Shown: piece after piece, positions 52,705 through 61,076 of the stretch
How the letters are laid out: each line of letters starts with the position of its first letter
Numbering within the stretch: the stretch's first letter is position 1
NCBI GenBank assembly: GCA_964442845.1
Contig: CAYUAX010000002.1
Coordinates: 14,360 to 78,359 of the forward strand
Source of the DNA: an uncultured Bifidobacteriaceae bacterium
GTDB lineage: Bacteria; Acidobacteriota; Vicinamibacteria; Vicinamibacterales; UBA2999
Direction: 5' to 3'
Length of the DNA stretch: 64,000 nt
Program-made: the position numbers and the translations under genes
Notes under the pieces: generated by a model
Seen by the model: the letters and a program-made list of their open reading frames with translations, nothing else
What the model was told of the DNA's origin: nothing
The model's database searches: none

Positions 52705-53667
52705 ATGGCCCGATGGAATGTCCGTCCCGGCGGTTGGCAGTGGTCGGTACTCGGTCTGACGCTGCTGGTCGCGGCGGCCGGGACGCGCTCGTGGGCGCAG
52801 GCGCCGGTGGGGGCACCGCGGCCGGCCGCACCGGAACCGCCGCTGCTCGTCCTGTCTCCCAAGGCGAAGTCGCCCGGCTGGACCGGCGTGCACCGGCCGC
52901 ACACCAAGCTGGCCGACGTACTGGCCCGCCACAAGGGCGAAGCCGACTGGGCGGAGACGGTCGTCGACGACGAGAGCCTGTTCGCCCAGTGGATCTCGAT
53001 CGGCCCCGGCGGCAAGACGCCACGGCGGATGAACGGGGACACCCGCGAGTGGTGGATCGTGCAGTCCGGTTCCTTGCGCTTCACGGTCGAAGGCCGTGAG
53101 CCGGTCGTCGCCACCAAGGGCGTCATGGTGCAGGTGCCGTATCGCACCCTCTATCAGATCGAGAACGTCGGCACCGGGCCCGCGCTGCGCTTCGAGGTCA
53201 ACGTCGCCCGCGCGCGGAAGCTCTATCCGCTGGACGAGACGCCGGTGCCCGTGGCGGGCTTTGACTACGTGCCGACCCGCGTCACCGGCGGGCGCGGCAC
53301 TCTCGATGCACAGAACCGGCCGGTGGTCGACTTCAACCGGGTCGTGACCGGTGAAGAGCGCGGCGGGGCGTTCGTCAGCGACGCCCGCAGCTTCGCGAAC
53401 ATCATCATCGGGCCGTATCAGGCGCCGCAGCCCGACAACAAGGGCCACTACCACGAGGAAGGCGGCGAGTTCTGGCTCGTGATGCTGGGCACGATCCGCT
53501 ACAAGATCGAAGGCGTGCCGGAGTTCGAGGCCCAGGAGGGCGACGTCGTCTATGCGCCGCGGCAGACCTGGCACCTGGCGAGCTTCGGCGGCCGCGAAGG
53601 GCTGCGCTCGTGCCGTCTGGCGATGAACGGCTTCCCATACCAGGCGCACATGTTCGAGCACAAGTAA
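52705..53667 (+). CDS. secreted bicupin-like protein
   Basis: ATG checked at 52705, followed by a signal peptide. Two cupin-like halves (WWIVQSGSLRFTVEG... and GHYHEEGGEFWLVMLGTIRYKIEG...). Confidence 0.75.
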   Translation: MARWNVRPGGWQWSVLGLTLLVAAAGTRSWAQAPVGAPRPAAPEPPLLVLSPKAKSPGWTGVHRPHTKLADVLARHKGEADWAETVVDDESLFAQWISIGPGGKTPRRMNGDTREWWIVQSGSLRFTVEGREPVVATKGVMVQVPYRTLYQIENVGTGPALRFEVNVARARKLYPLDETPVPVAGFDYVPTRVTGGRGTLDAQNRPVVDFNRVVTGEERGGAFVSDARSFANIIIGPYQAPQPDNKGHYHEEGGEFWLVMLGTIRYKIEGVPEFEAQEGDVVYAPRQTWHLASFGGREGLRSCRLAMNGFPYQAHMFEHK

Positions 53668-53678
53668 TCAGGCGGCGC

Positions 53679-53696
53679 CAGCACGCTGTTCTGACC
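53679..53696. repeat. 18-nt exact direct repeat, copy 2
   Basis: CAGCACGCTGTTCTGACC, 12 nt after the bicupin stop and 1088 nt from copy 1. Confidence 0.8.
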
Positions 53697-53912
53697 CCTC
53701 CCGTCGACGACGGAAGACCGGGTCATCCGGGTTCCCGGCGACCGCGGAACATTCCGCACGGCCGGAATCCTCGCCGGTTCGCCTGTGGCCGGCCCGGCGT
53801 GACGACGTCGGTCGGCGCACGAATCCGGCGGGAATCCCGCCCTCGCGCAGGACAACGCCGCGCCGACGACGGGCACGCCCCATGCATCGGGACGTGAGGA
53901 GGCAGGACGCCC

Positions 53913-54551
53913 ATGCAGGTCATCGTCGTCGCCGTGGAGGTGCTCGGGGTGTGGGCACTCACCGACTTCCTGTCAGGTGTCTTCCACTGGCTGGAGGATG
54001 CCTATGGCAAGCCGTCGTGGCCGATCGTCGGCCGCCACGTCACCAAGCCCAACATCCTCCATCACTACGTCCCGCGCGCCTTCACCACCAATTCGTGGTT
54101 CATCAGTTCGCGGCTCCTGCTGGTGATCTGCGCGGCCATCACCGCCGTGACCGCCGCCCTCGGCGTGTTCAACTGGATGGTGGCGCTGTCGATGGTGTTG
54201 GGGGCCAATGCGAACCAGGTGCACAAGTGGAGCCATCGCTCGCCGCGGGAGAACGGCCGGGTGGTGACGATGCTGCAGCGGCTGAAGATCATCCAGTCGC
54301 CGTCGAGCCATCGCCGGCACCACCAGCACGGCAAGGACTCGGACTACTGCGTGCTGACCGACTTCCTCAACCCGGTGCTCGACGGCCTGCATTTCTGGCG
54401 CGGCGCGGAATGGGTGATCCAGCGCGCGTTCGGCGTGGCGCGCCGTGACGACGAGGCCATGGCGCGGGAGGTGCTGGCGAGCGATCCCGGCTTCTTCGGC
54501 GAGAACCTCGCGGCGGTGCGTCAGCAACTGGCGCGTCGCGACGCCGCCTGA
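53913..54551 (+). CDS. CarF/TMEM189 (PEDS1)-family histidine-rich membrane lipid desaturase-like protein
   Basis: DFLSGVFHWLEDAYG, NILHHYVP, NQVHKWSH, SHRRHHQHG...YCVLT: histidine clusters in the order of the TMEM189/CarF lipid desaturase domain. GAGGAGG lies 10 nt upstream of the ATG. Confidence 0.8.
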   Translation: MQVIVVAVEVLGVWALTDFLSGVFHWLEDAYGKPSWPIVGRHVTKPNILHHYVPRAFTTNSWFISSRLLLVICAAITAVTAALGVFNWMVALSMVLGANANQVHKWSHRSPRENGRVVTMLQRLKIIQSPSSHRRHHQHGKDSDYCVLTDFLNPVLDGLHFWRGAEWVIQRAFGVARRDDEAMAREVLASDPGFFGENLAAVRQQLARRDAA

Positions 54552-54593
54552 GGTCCGGCGCCGTGGTCCGGGGGGGGGTGTAGACTCGCCGCC

Positions 54594-55781
54594 ATGAAGA
54601 GGCCGCTCACCCACACGATCGTCATCGGCACGATGCTGGGCGCCTGGACGTACGCGCAGCCGGCGAGCCCGGTGCAGCGCTCGCGCGATCTCGAAGCCAG
54701 GGAACTGGCGGTGCCGTTCAAGGGCATCACCGCGAACGGGCAGATCGAGCCGGGCCTGTTCGGCCTCACGTCGACGGGTGTCTCCACCGAGCCGGTGCGG
54801 ACGGCGGCCGAGGCCTTCCTGGCTGCCCTCACCCCGGAACAACGCCAGAAGACCGTGTTCGCGCACGATGCCGACGAGTGGCGCAGCTGGGCCAACCAGA
54901 GTTCCTATTGGCCGCGCGGCGTCAGTTTCGGCGAGATGAACGACGCACAGCGCGCGGCGGCGCTCGGGATGATGCGGGCCAGCCTCAGTGCCCGCGGCCT
55001 GACGCTGACGGAGAACATCAGGAAGCTGAACCACACCCTCGGTGAACTGCAGGGCAACGACTTCACCGTGCACAACGACGGCCGCTACCACCTCACCGTG
55101 ATGGGCGTGCCGTCGGCGACCGAACCGTGGGGCTGGCAGTTCGACGGCCATCACGGCATCGTCAACTACTTCGTGCTCGGCGACCAGGTGGTGATGTCGC
55201 CGTTCTTCGTCGGATCCGAGCCGGTGGTGGCCACGAGCGGGAAGTACGCGGGCACCGAGATCCTGAAGGACGAAGCGCGCAAGGGCCTGGCCCTGGTCAA
55301 CGCGCTCACCGAGGCACAGCGCGGCAAGGCCGTGCTCAACGTGTCCAAGACCGGCAACAACATCCTGACCCAGGCGTGGTCGGACAACGTCGTGCTCGAC
55401 TATGCCGGCGTGCGCGCCACCGAGTTGAACGGCTCACAGCGGGCGCAGCTGCTCGATCTGATCCAGCAGTACGTCGGCAACATGCGCGACGGCCACGCGG
55501 CAGTACGGATGGCCGAGGTGAAGGCCCACCTCGATCGCACCTGGTTCGCGTGGATCGGCAGGACCGACGCCGACGCGGTGTTCTACTACCGGGTGCACAG
55601 CCCGGTGCTCCTGATCGAATTCGATCACCAGACGCCGGTCGGCCTGCGCCACCTCTACCCGCCGGGCGTGCCGTTTCGCGAACACGTTCACGCCGTGATG
55701 CGCACCCCGAACGGCAACGACTACGGCAAGGACCTGCTGCGCCTGCACTACCAGCAGCATCCGCACACCGCGGCGCAGTAA
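54594..55781 (+). CDS. DUF3500 domain protein (secreted)
   Basis: Signal peptide. WGWQFDGHHGIVNYF and VLLIEFDHQ motifs are characteristic of DUF3500. Confidence 0.8.
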   Translation: MKRPLTHTIVIGTMLGAWTYAQPASPVQRSRDLEARELAVPFKGITANGQIEPGLFGLTSTGVSTEPVRTAAEAFLAALTPEQRQKTVFAHDADEWRSWANQSSYWPRGVSFGEMNDAQRAAALGMMRASLSARGLTLTENIRKLNHTLGELQGNDFTVHNDGRYHLTVMGVPSATEPWGWQFDGHHGIVNYFVLGDQVVMSPFFVGSEPVVATSGKYAGTEILKDEARKGLALVNALTEAQRGKAVLNVSKTGNNILTQAWSDNVVLDYAGVRATELNGSQRAQLLDLIQQYVGNMRDGHAAVRMAEVKAHLDRTWFAWIGRTDADAVFYYRVHSPVLLIEFDHQTPVGLRHLYPPGVPFREHVHAVMRTPNGNDYGKDLLRLHYQQHPHTAAQ

Positions 55782-55819
55782 ACGCTCGATCAGATGACCG
55801 GCGGCCGCGCCGTCCGGGC

Positions 55820-57952
55820 TCAGCGCTCGTAGGTGCCGATCGGCTTGCCCATCAGGTACTTGTCCATGTAGCCGACGATGTGCTGCAGCCGCTCGATGCG
55901 GTGCCACGGCTTGCCGGATCGCGACAGCTCGTGGCTCTCGTCGGGGAAGCGCACCATGACCGTGGGCTTCTTCAGGTACTTCAGCGCCCGGAACAGCTGC
56001 TCGCCACCGGCGGATGGCGGCGTTCGCCAGTCCTCGTCGCCGAGAATGAACATCAGCGGCGTCTGGATGTTGCGCACGTGCGTGATCGGCGAGCGCTGGG
56101 CGAAATCGGCCGGATCCTCGAACGGCGCCTTGCGGAACCACGTCGGGTTGTAGAGCCAGAAGTCCGCGGTGTACCAGAACGTGGTCCAGTCGGCGATGTC
56201 GCGCTGCGACACCGCCGCCTTGAAGCGGTTGGTCTGGGTGACCACCCAGTTGGTGAGCAGTCCGCCGCCGCTGCCGCCGGTGACGCCCATGCGGCTGTCG
56301 TCGATGTAGCCCTTCTTCAGGATCTCGTCCACGCCGGCCATCAGGTCCTTGTAGTCGTCACCGGGATAGCGGAACTGGATCACGTTGCCGAAGTCCTGGC
56401 CGTAGTTCGAGCTGCCGCGCGGGTTGGTGAACAGCACGACGTAGCCTTTGGCCGCCATCCACTGGAACTCGTGGGTGAAGGTGTTGCCGTAGGCCGAGTG
56501 CGGGCCGCCGTGGATCTCGAGGATGAGCGGGTATTTGCGCGACGCGTCGAACGACGGCGGCTTCAGGATCCAGCCCTGGATCCGCTGGCCGTCGAAGCTG
56601 GTGTACCAGAGCTCCTCCGGCTGGGACAGGGTCAGCTGGCCGAACAGCGGATCGTTGAACGTCGACAGCCGCGTCGTCGTGCCGGTCGCCGCGTCGACGA
56701 CGTGGAGATCGCCGAGCACCGTCTGCGATGACAGCACGGCGGCGAACCGCCGGGCCTGGGCGTCGGCCGAATAGGCCATCAGGTCGTGCCGGCCGCTGGT
56801 CACGGCGTCGACCCTGCCGCTGGCGGCGTCGATGCGCTTGAGGTTGGCGTCACCCTGCTCGCCGACCTTGATGTAGACGCTGCGGCCGTCGCGGCTCCAC
56901 ACCGGCCCCGACGGCGCGCCGCCGCGCGGCGCCCGCTGATCGCCGCCGAGCCCGCCGTCGATGTCGAAGTCGTAGGCGGCGGTGAGGTTGCGCGGCGTGC
57001 CGCCCGGCAGATCCATCACCCAGAGGTCCGACTGGCTGTACGAGCGGATGGGAGTGCCGGCCAGGGTGCCGACGAACGCCAGGCGCGTGCCGTCGGGCGA
57101 CACCGCGTAGTCGCCGATCGTGCCGTCGATGCTCGCCACGGCGGTGGGTTCGCCGCCTGCCGCCGGCACCGAGTAGAGGTCGCTGTCCGGGGGCAGGTAG
57201 TACGGCTCCTTGACCCGGGTCGAGACGAAGGTCAGCCGCGTGCCGTCGGCAGTCCACTGGACGTTCCCTTCGGAGAACTCGCCGCTCGTGATCTGCCGCG
57301 GCGCCGCGAGCGGGGCGATCGCGTCGGCCACCGCGACGGTCCAGATGTGCGACGGCCGATCCGGATCGACGTAGCCGAAGTCGGCGACGCCGTTGGCGCG
57401 GTAGACGGCGCTCGTGACGACGCGCACGTCGCTCTGCCGCGGTCGATCCGTGCGCGCGTCCTTCACCAGTTCGTCGGGCCGCGCCGTGGACGAGAAGGCG
57501 ATGGCGCGGCCGTCGGGCGACCACACCGGGCCGCTGGCGCCGCGCGGCATGTCGGTGACCGCGCGGGCTTCGCCGCCGTCCATCGCCAGCACGTGGATCT
57601 GCGGCAGCGTCCGCCCGTCCTTCTCGACTGGGCGCACGAACGCCACCCGCCGGCCGTCGGCCGACCAGCGCGGTGCGGTGTCACGAGTGCCGCGGGTCAA
57701 CTGGCGCGGCGGCTCCGCGCCGTCGGTGCGCGCGATCCAGAGGCTGGTGTCGTAGGTGTCGCCCTTCTCGTCCACGCTCACGCGGACGAAGGCGACCTGC
57801 GTGCCGTCAGGGGACATCTGGGGATCGGCGACCCAGACGAACTGGAGCAGATCCTGCTCGGTGATGCCGCGCTTCTGGGCCGACAGCGGGGCGGTGGCGG
57901 CGGCGAGCAGCGCCGCGGCGGCGGCGATCCGAAGCAGTCGCATCGAGGTCAT
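55820..57952 (-). CDS. S9-family serine peptidase (acylaminoacyl/prolyl oligopeptidase type) with N-terminal beta-propeller
   Basis: ATG checked at 57952 (MTSMRLLRIAAAAALLAAATAPLSAQ). Repeated SPDG.. propeller motifs. GVTGGSGGG nucleophile elbow. C-terminal GDEDWR...ESHEL. Confidence 0.92.
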   Translation of the reverse strand: MTSMRLLRIAAAAALLAAATAPLSAQKRGITEQDLLQFVWVADPQMSPDGTQVAFVRVSVDEKGDTYDTSLWIARTDGAEPPRQLTRGTRDTAPRWSADGRRVAFVRPVEKDGRTLPQIHVLAMDGGEARAVTDMPRGASGPVWSPDGRAIAFSSTARPDELVKDARTDRPRQSDVRVVTSAVYRANGVADFGYVDPDRPSHIWTVAVADAIAPLAAPRQITSGEFSEGNVQWTADGTRLTFVSTRVKEPYYLPPDSDLYSVPAAGGEPTAVASIDGTIGDYAVSPDGTRLAFVGTLAGTPIRSYSQSDLWVMDLPGGTPRNLTAAYDFDIDGGLGGDQRAPRGGAPSGPVWSRDGRSVYIKVGEQGDANLKRIDAASGRVDAVTSGRHDLMAYSADAQARRFAAVLSSQTVLGDLHVVDAATGTTTRLSTFNDPLFGQLTLSQPEELWYTSFDGQRIQGWILKPPSFDASRKYPLILEIHGGPHSAYGNTFTHEFQWMAAKGYVVLFTNPRGSSNYGQDFGNVIQFRYPGDDYKDLMAGVDEILKKGYIDDSRMGVTGGSGGGLLTNWVVTQTNRFKAAVSQRDIADWTTFWYTADFWLYNPTWFRKAPFEDPADFAQRSPITHVRNIQTPLMFILGDEDWRTPPSAGGEQLFRALKYLKKPTVMVRFPDESHELSRSGKPWHRIERLQHIVGYMDKYLMGKPIGTYER

Positions 57953-57967
57953 CGGGGTCACTCCTGC
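57877..57967. repeat. ~90-bp direct repeat, copy A (RBS, start codon and signal-peptide codons of the S9 peptidase gene)
   Basis: Aligns by eye with 58838-58927 at roughly 85% identity with small indels, e.g. GGGCCGACAGCG...CGGTGGCGG...GAGCAGCGCCGC...ATCCGAAGCAGTCGCATCGA..TCATCG.GTCACTCCTG. Confidence 0.8.
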
Positions 57968-58051
57968 GCCCCTCATTATGCGGCGGTCGCCGCTCCAGAC
58001 CGCGGCCACGGCGAGCCGTCGCTGAAGGCCGCTCGAGTTCGCCGCACGCCC

Positions 58052-58741
58052 TCAGAAGCGTCTCGCCAGTCCCAGGAAGACGCCGTTCGAATCGTGCGAG
58101 GGATTGCGTTCGACGCCTTTGGCATCGCCGTTCGAGACGTGTGTATGGCGGATGCCGAAGACGGCCGAGTAGCGGCCGAGGTCGACCTCGGCGCCGAGCC
58201 CGTACTTCGTCGTGCCGTTCCACGTGGTGCCCCGCCTGGGGTCGCGGTCCGTGGGTTGCGGGAACTCCGTCGCGGTCCGGAGAAGCCCGCCGCCAGACTC
58301 GAAGTACAGACGTCCCCACCCGGCGTCGACCGGATAGAACCTCGCGAACGGCCGTACCGCCACCCCCGTCGTGCGGTTGAAGTCGTCACGGGCCCAGTAG
58401 ATGTCGGCTTCGACGCCCACGCCGAGGTAGGAGCGCACCTGGAACACCATACCGGTGTTGTTCTGAGTGAGGCGCGTGCGCGGATACTTGTAGCCCCAGG
58501 AGAGGCCCGTCTCGTTGTACACGGATCGCCTCCGGGCTCCGGACGGATCCGCGTCGGTCAGGAGCAGGATGGCGCCGGACGCCACGGCCGGAAGAATCAG
58601 CCCAGCCGCGGTGTGGAGCCGAAGTGGCGAGAACCCGAGGGGATTGTCATACCAGTGATCTCCCGGCGCGAACTGCGCCGCAGCTGGCGTGGCGATGGCG
58701 GTCCACAGAACCGCCGCGACGATGGCGCGAGTCCATCTCAT
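58052..58741 (-). CDS. PagL-like acyloxyacyl hydrolase / lipid A deacylase family outer-membrane protein (putative)
   Basis: Signal peptide, alternating beta-strand pattern, RHTHVSNG (H-x-S-N motif) and a terminal aromatic residue (F). Confidence 0.65.
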   Translation of the reverse strand: MRWTRAIVAAVLWTAIATPAAAQFAPGDHWYDNPLGFSPLRLHTAAGLILPAVASGAILLLTDADPSGARRRSVYNETGLSWGYKYPRTRLTQNNTGMVFQVRSYLGVGVEADIYWARDDFNRTTGVAVRPFARFYPVDAGWGRLYFESGGGLLRTATEFPQPTDRDPRRGTTWNGTTKYGLGAEVDLGRYSAVFGIRHTHVSNGDAKGVERNPSHDSNGVFLGLARRF

Positions 58742-58914
58742 GCACCTTTCGACGCCGACGGCGCGAAAATGGCGGACGCGGCTCGCATCTGCGTGTCGCT
58801 CGCGATCGGACAGTCCGCCGGGTGCGCGGCTACGGTTGGGCCGACAGCGCGGCGGTGGCGGTTTCGAGCAGCGCCGCCGCGGCGGGCTATCCGAAGCAGT
58901 CGCATCGACATCAT
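58738..58914 (-). pseudogene. decayed duplicate of the S9 peptidase 5' end (58-codon ORF MMSMRLLRIARRGG...)
   Basis: It retains AGGAG plus ATG and the first 9 codons mirror MTSMRLLRI. Indels then change the frame. Its TGA overlaps the PagL-like ATG (ATGA), and its ATG overlaps the upstream membrane-protein stop (ATGA). Confidence 0.5.
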
Positions 58915-58927
58915 CGTGTCACTCCTG
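58838..58927. repeat. ~90-bp direct repeat, copy B
   Basis: See copy A; the two copies are 961 nt apart and bracket the PagL-like gene. Confidence 0.8.
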
Positions 58928-59255
58928 GCGAACCTCCGCGGGCTCGGGCCGCCATCAGGTCCAGATACCGGTCTCGGGGCTCACCCGTCCAGCCGCTGAC
59001 GCCGTGCCGCGGCAGCCAAACAAGGTGCACCCACAAGGCGCCGAGCAACGGCACGGCCAGGAACGCGTAGGCCCAGAGGCGGCCGGCGGTCTCGGCGAGC
59101 GCGATCGTCACGCCGAGCACGATCAGCACTTTCGTGAGCCGGCGGCCGCGCGGCTTGTGCTCTTCGAACCGGCCGAAGAGCACGGTGCCGGCCGCGAAGA
59201 TGCTCATCACGAGCGAGACGTCGAACCAGCGCGTGTCGAGGGTCCACATGGCCAC
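58911..59255 (-). CDS. small membrane protein of unknown function
   Basis: 114 aa with three hydrophobic segments. GTG at 59255 or ATG at 59249. Confidence 0.5.
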   Translation of the reverse strand: MAMWTLDTRWFDVSLVMSIFAAGTVLFGRFEEHKPRGRRLTKVLIVLGVTIALAETAGRLWAYAFLAVPLLGALWVHLVWLPRHGVSGWTGEPRDRYLDLMAARARGGSPGVTR

Positions 59256-59268
59256 GCTCTCGCTCGCA

Positions 59269-59826
59269 TCAGACGGCCGCAGCCGTCGCCTCGGTCACGC
59301 GCCCGGTCGCGAGCACCGCCGGCAGCGGCGGCCCCAAGAATGTGACGCCGTGCAGTCCGAAGGTCTCCTCGACCCGTCGCCGAACATTGGCGTCCGGCGG
59401 ACCCGCGGGAGGAGGCGGCAGTTCGGCCATCGGGGCGGCCACGCTGAGCGCGCGGAACGCCGCTTCCAGGCCGCCCGGCGTGTACAGGTGCAGCAGCCGG
59501 GCCGTCGGCGACTCCACCGCAAAGCCGTGCGGGATGCCGCGCGGCAGGAAGACCGAGTCGCCGGCCATGGCGCGCATCCGCTCGTGACCGCGCTGGAACA
59601 CGACGGTGCCGTCGATCACGAACCACGTCTCGTCCTCGCGGGCGTGAACATGCATCGGCGACTCGAGGCCGCGCCGGACCAGCGCTTCGCCGAGCGTGAT
59701 GAGGCCGCCGCTCTCGGCCGCGGTGACGTGCCACCGCAGGAGGGCCCCCATGTGCCATTCGGGCACGATGGTGGCCGGTGAAGCGCAGGGGAAGGCGTCG
59801 GGTGAGAGGAACGAGGGCTGGGTCAT
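59269..59826 (-). CDS. cupin-domain protein
   Basis: ATG checked at 59826 (MTQPSFL...). HVHAREDETWFVIDGTVVF...GDSVFLPRGIPHGF cupin motifs. Divergent from a LysR gene. Confidence 0.8.
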   Translation of the reverse strand: MTQPSFLSPDAFPCASPATIVPEWHMGALLRWHVTAAESGGLITLGEALVRRGLESPMHVHAREDETWFVIDGTVVFQRGHERMRAMAGDSVFLPRGIPHGFAVESPTARLLHLYTPGGLEAAFRALSVAAPMAELPPPPAGPPDANVRRRVEETFGLHGVTFLGPPLPAVLATGRVTEATAAAV

Positions 59827-59919
59827 GGGGTCCTCCGTGAATGCACGTGGCGACGTCCACGATAGGAAGGCGCCGGCGGAAGGGGAAACAGTACGTCGTG
59901 GTGGCACTTACAATCGATC

Positions 59920-60810
59920 GTGGTGAATGTCGAACTGCGCCACCTGCGGGCGTTTCTCGTGCTCGCCGAGGAGCTGAACTTCACGAAGGCCGCCACGCGG
60001 TTGCACGTCGTGCAGCAGGCGCTGAGCGCGCAGATTCGTCAACTCGAAGAAGCGCTCGGTGTCGACCTCTTCGCGCGCACGACGAGGCGGGTGTCGTTGA
60101 CGGTGGCCGGAGAGGCGCTGCGCGCGCACGCCCCCTCGGTGCTGCGCCACCTCGATGACGCGCTCGACGAGGTCCGCCAGCAGGCGGCGGGCGAGGGCGG
60201 ACCGCTGGCGCTGGGCCTCCTCGCGACGGCCTCGCTCGACTTCACCCCGCGCCTGCTCAGGGCCTTCGCGGCTGAGCGGCCGAAGGCTCAGGTGTCGATC
60301 CGCAACGTCGCCTTCGACGATCCGTCGGGCGGCGTGCGCGACGGGCGCGCCGATGTCGCGCTCGTGTGGCGGCCCTTCGACGACCGCTCACTCGCCTGCG
60401 AGCCGCTTTTCACCGATCAACGCGTGGCCGTCCTGCCGGTCGACCATCCGCTCGCCGCCGCGCCGATTGTCGAGGCGCAGGCGCTCGCGGGTGAGCCGTT
60501 CGTGTGGGTCGAGGCGATGGACCCGGTCGCGCGCGACTTCTGGACCCTGGCCGAGGCGCGCGGCGGGCGCCCGCGATCGGTCACCGGCGCGTTGCCCTGG
60601 GCCGACGTCACCACGCGTCCCGTCCGCGGCCTCGCCCCGGCGATCGTGGCGGCCTGTTGGCGCGTCGACGACTCGCGGCCGCTCGTTCGGGCGTTCGTGA
60701 GCTGCGCACGGCAGCTGGCCGAGCGCGAGGCCGACGCGGCGAGCCGCGCCAGCGCCGGCGCCTCACCTGCCGAGGCAATGCGTCAACGGCGGTCGCCGCG
60801 GCGCCAGTAG
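59920..60810 (+). CDS. LysR-family transcriptional regulator
   Basis: VELRHLRAFLVLAEELNFTKAATRLHVVQQALSAQIRQLE HTH. GTG start. The C-terminal tail is low-complexity. Confidence 0.85.
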   Translation: MVNVELRHLRAFLVLAEELNFTKAATRLHVVQQALSAQIRQLEEALGVDLFARTTRRVSLTVAGEALRAHAPSVLRHLDDALDEVRQQAAGEGGPLALGLLATASLDFTPRLLRAFAAERPKAQVSIRNVAFDDPSGGVRDGRADVALVWRPFDDRSLACEPLFTDQRVAVLPVDHPLAAAPIVEAQALAGEPFVWVEAMDPVARDFWTLAEARGGRPRSVTGALPWADVTTRPVRGLAPAIVAACWRVDDSRPLVRAFVSCARQLAEREADAASRASAGASPAEAMRQRRSPRRQ

Positions 60811-61076
60811 CGGAACTGGAATCGAGGTGTGGTGGACCTGACCAGGTCGTGCCGACTAAGGCGAGCCGGAGGCGATGCCGGTCCGCCTGAGCCCGGTCAG
60901 GGTCCAGCCAACGACCGAATGCAATGAGGGAGTTGGTGGACCAGAACAGCGTCAGTTGGAACCAGGTCGCTCAATGGTTGAGGCATCTCCGCGATCTTCA
61001 TGCTACGCCCCTGGCCACCTGCTGACCTCAAGATCGTGTCGATTACAGCCCCGAGCCCACGTGCCGGCCAGGGACG

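Noticed and set aside
60420-60720. Apparent ~20-25-aa gap in the effector domain of the LysR regulator (RSVTGALPWADVTTRPVRGL where homologues usually have a longer ...EE.LE.VAAG.G...P... segment)
   Set aside because: This is based only on my memory of typical LysR sequences. It cannot be established without an alignment, and the ORF is intact and of normal overall length.
60924-61025. 33-codon ORF (MRELVDQNSVSWNQVAQWLRHLRDLHATPLATC) and a nearby partial repeat (GGTGGACC.GA.C..GGTCG at ~60831 and ~60935/60965) in the gap before the low-GC patch
   Set aside because: It could be the relic of a disrupted gene at an island boundary. It is too short, I cannot place the peptide in a family, and the repeat is imperfect. 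I note it only as a possible boundary scar.
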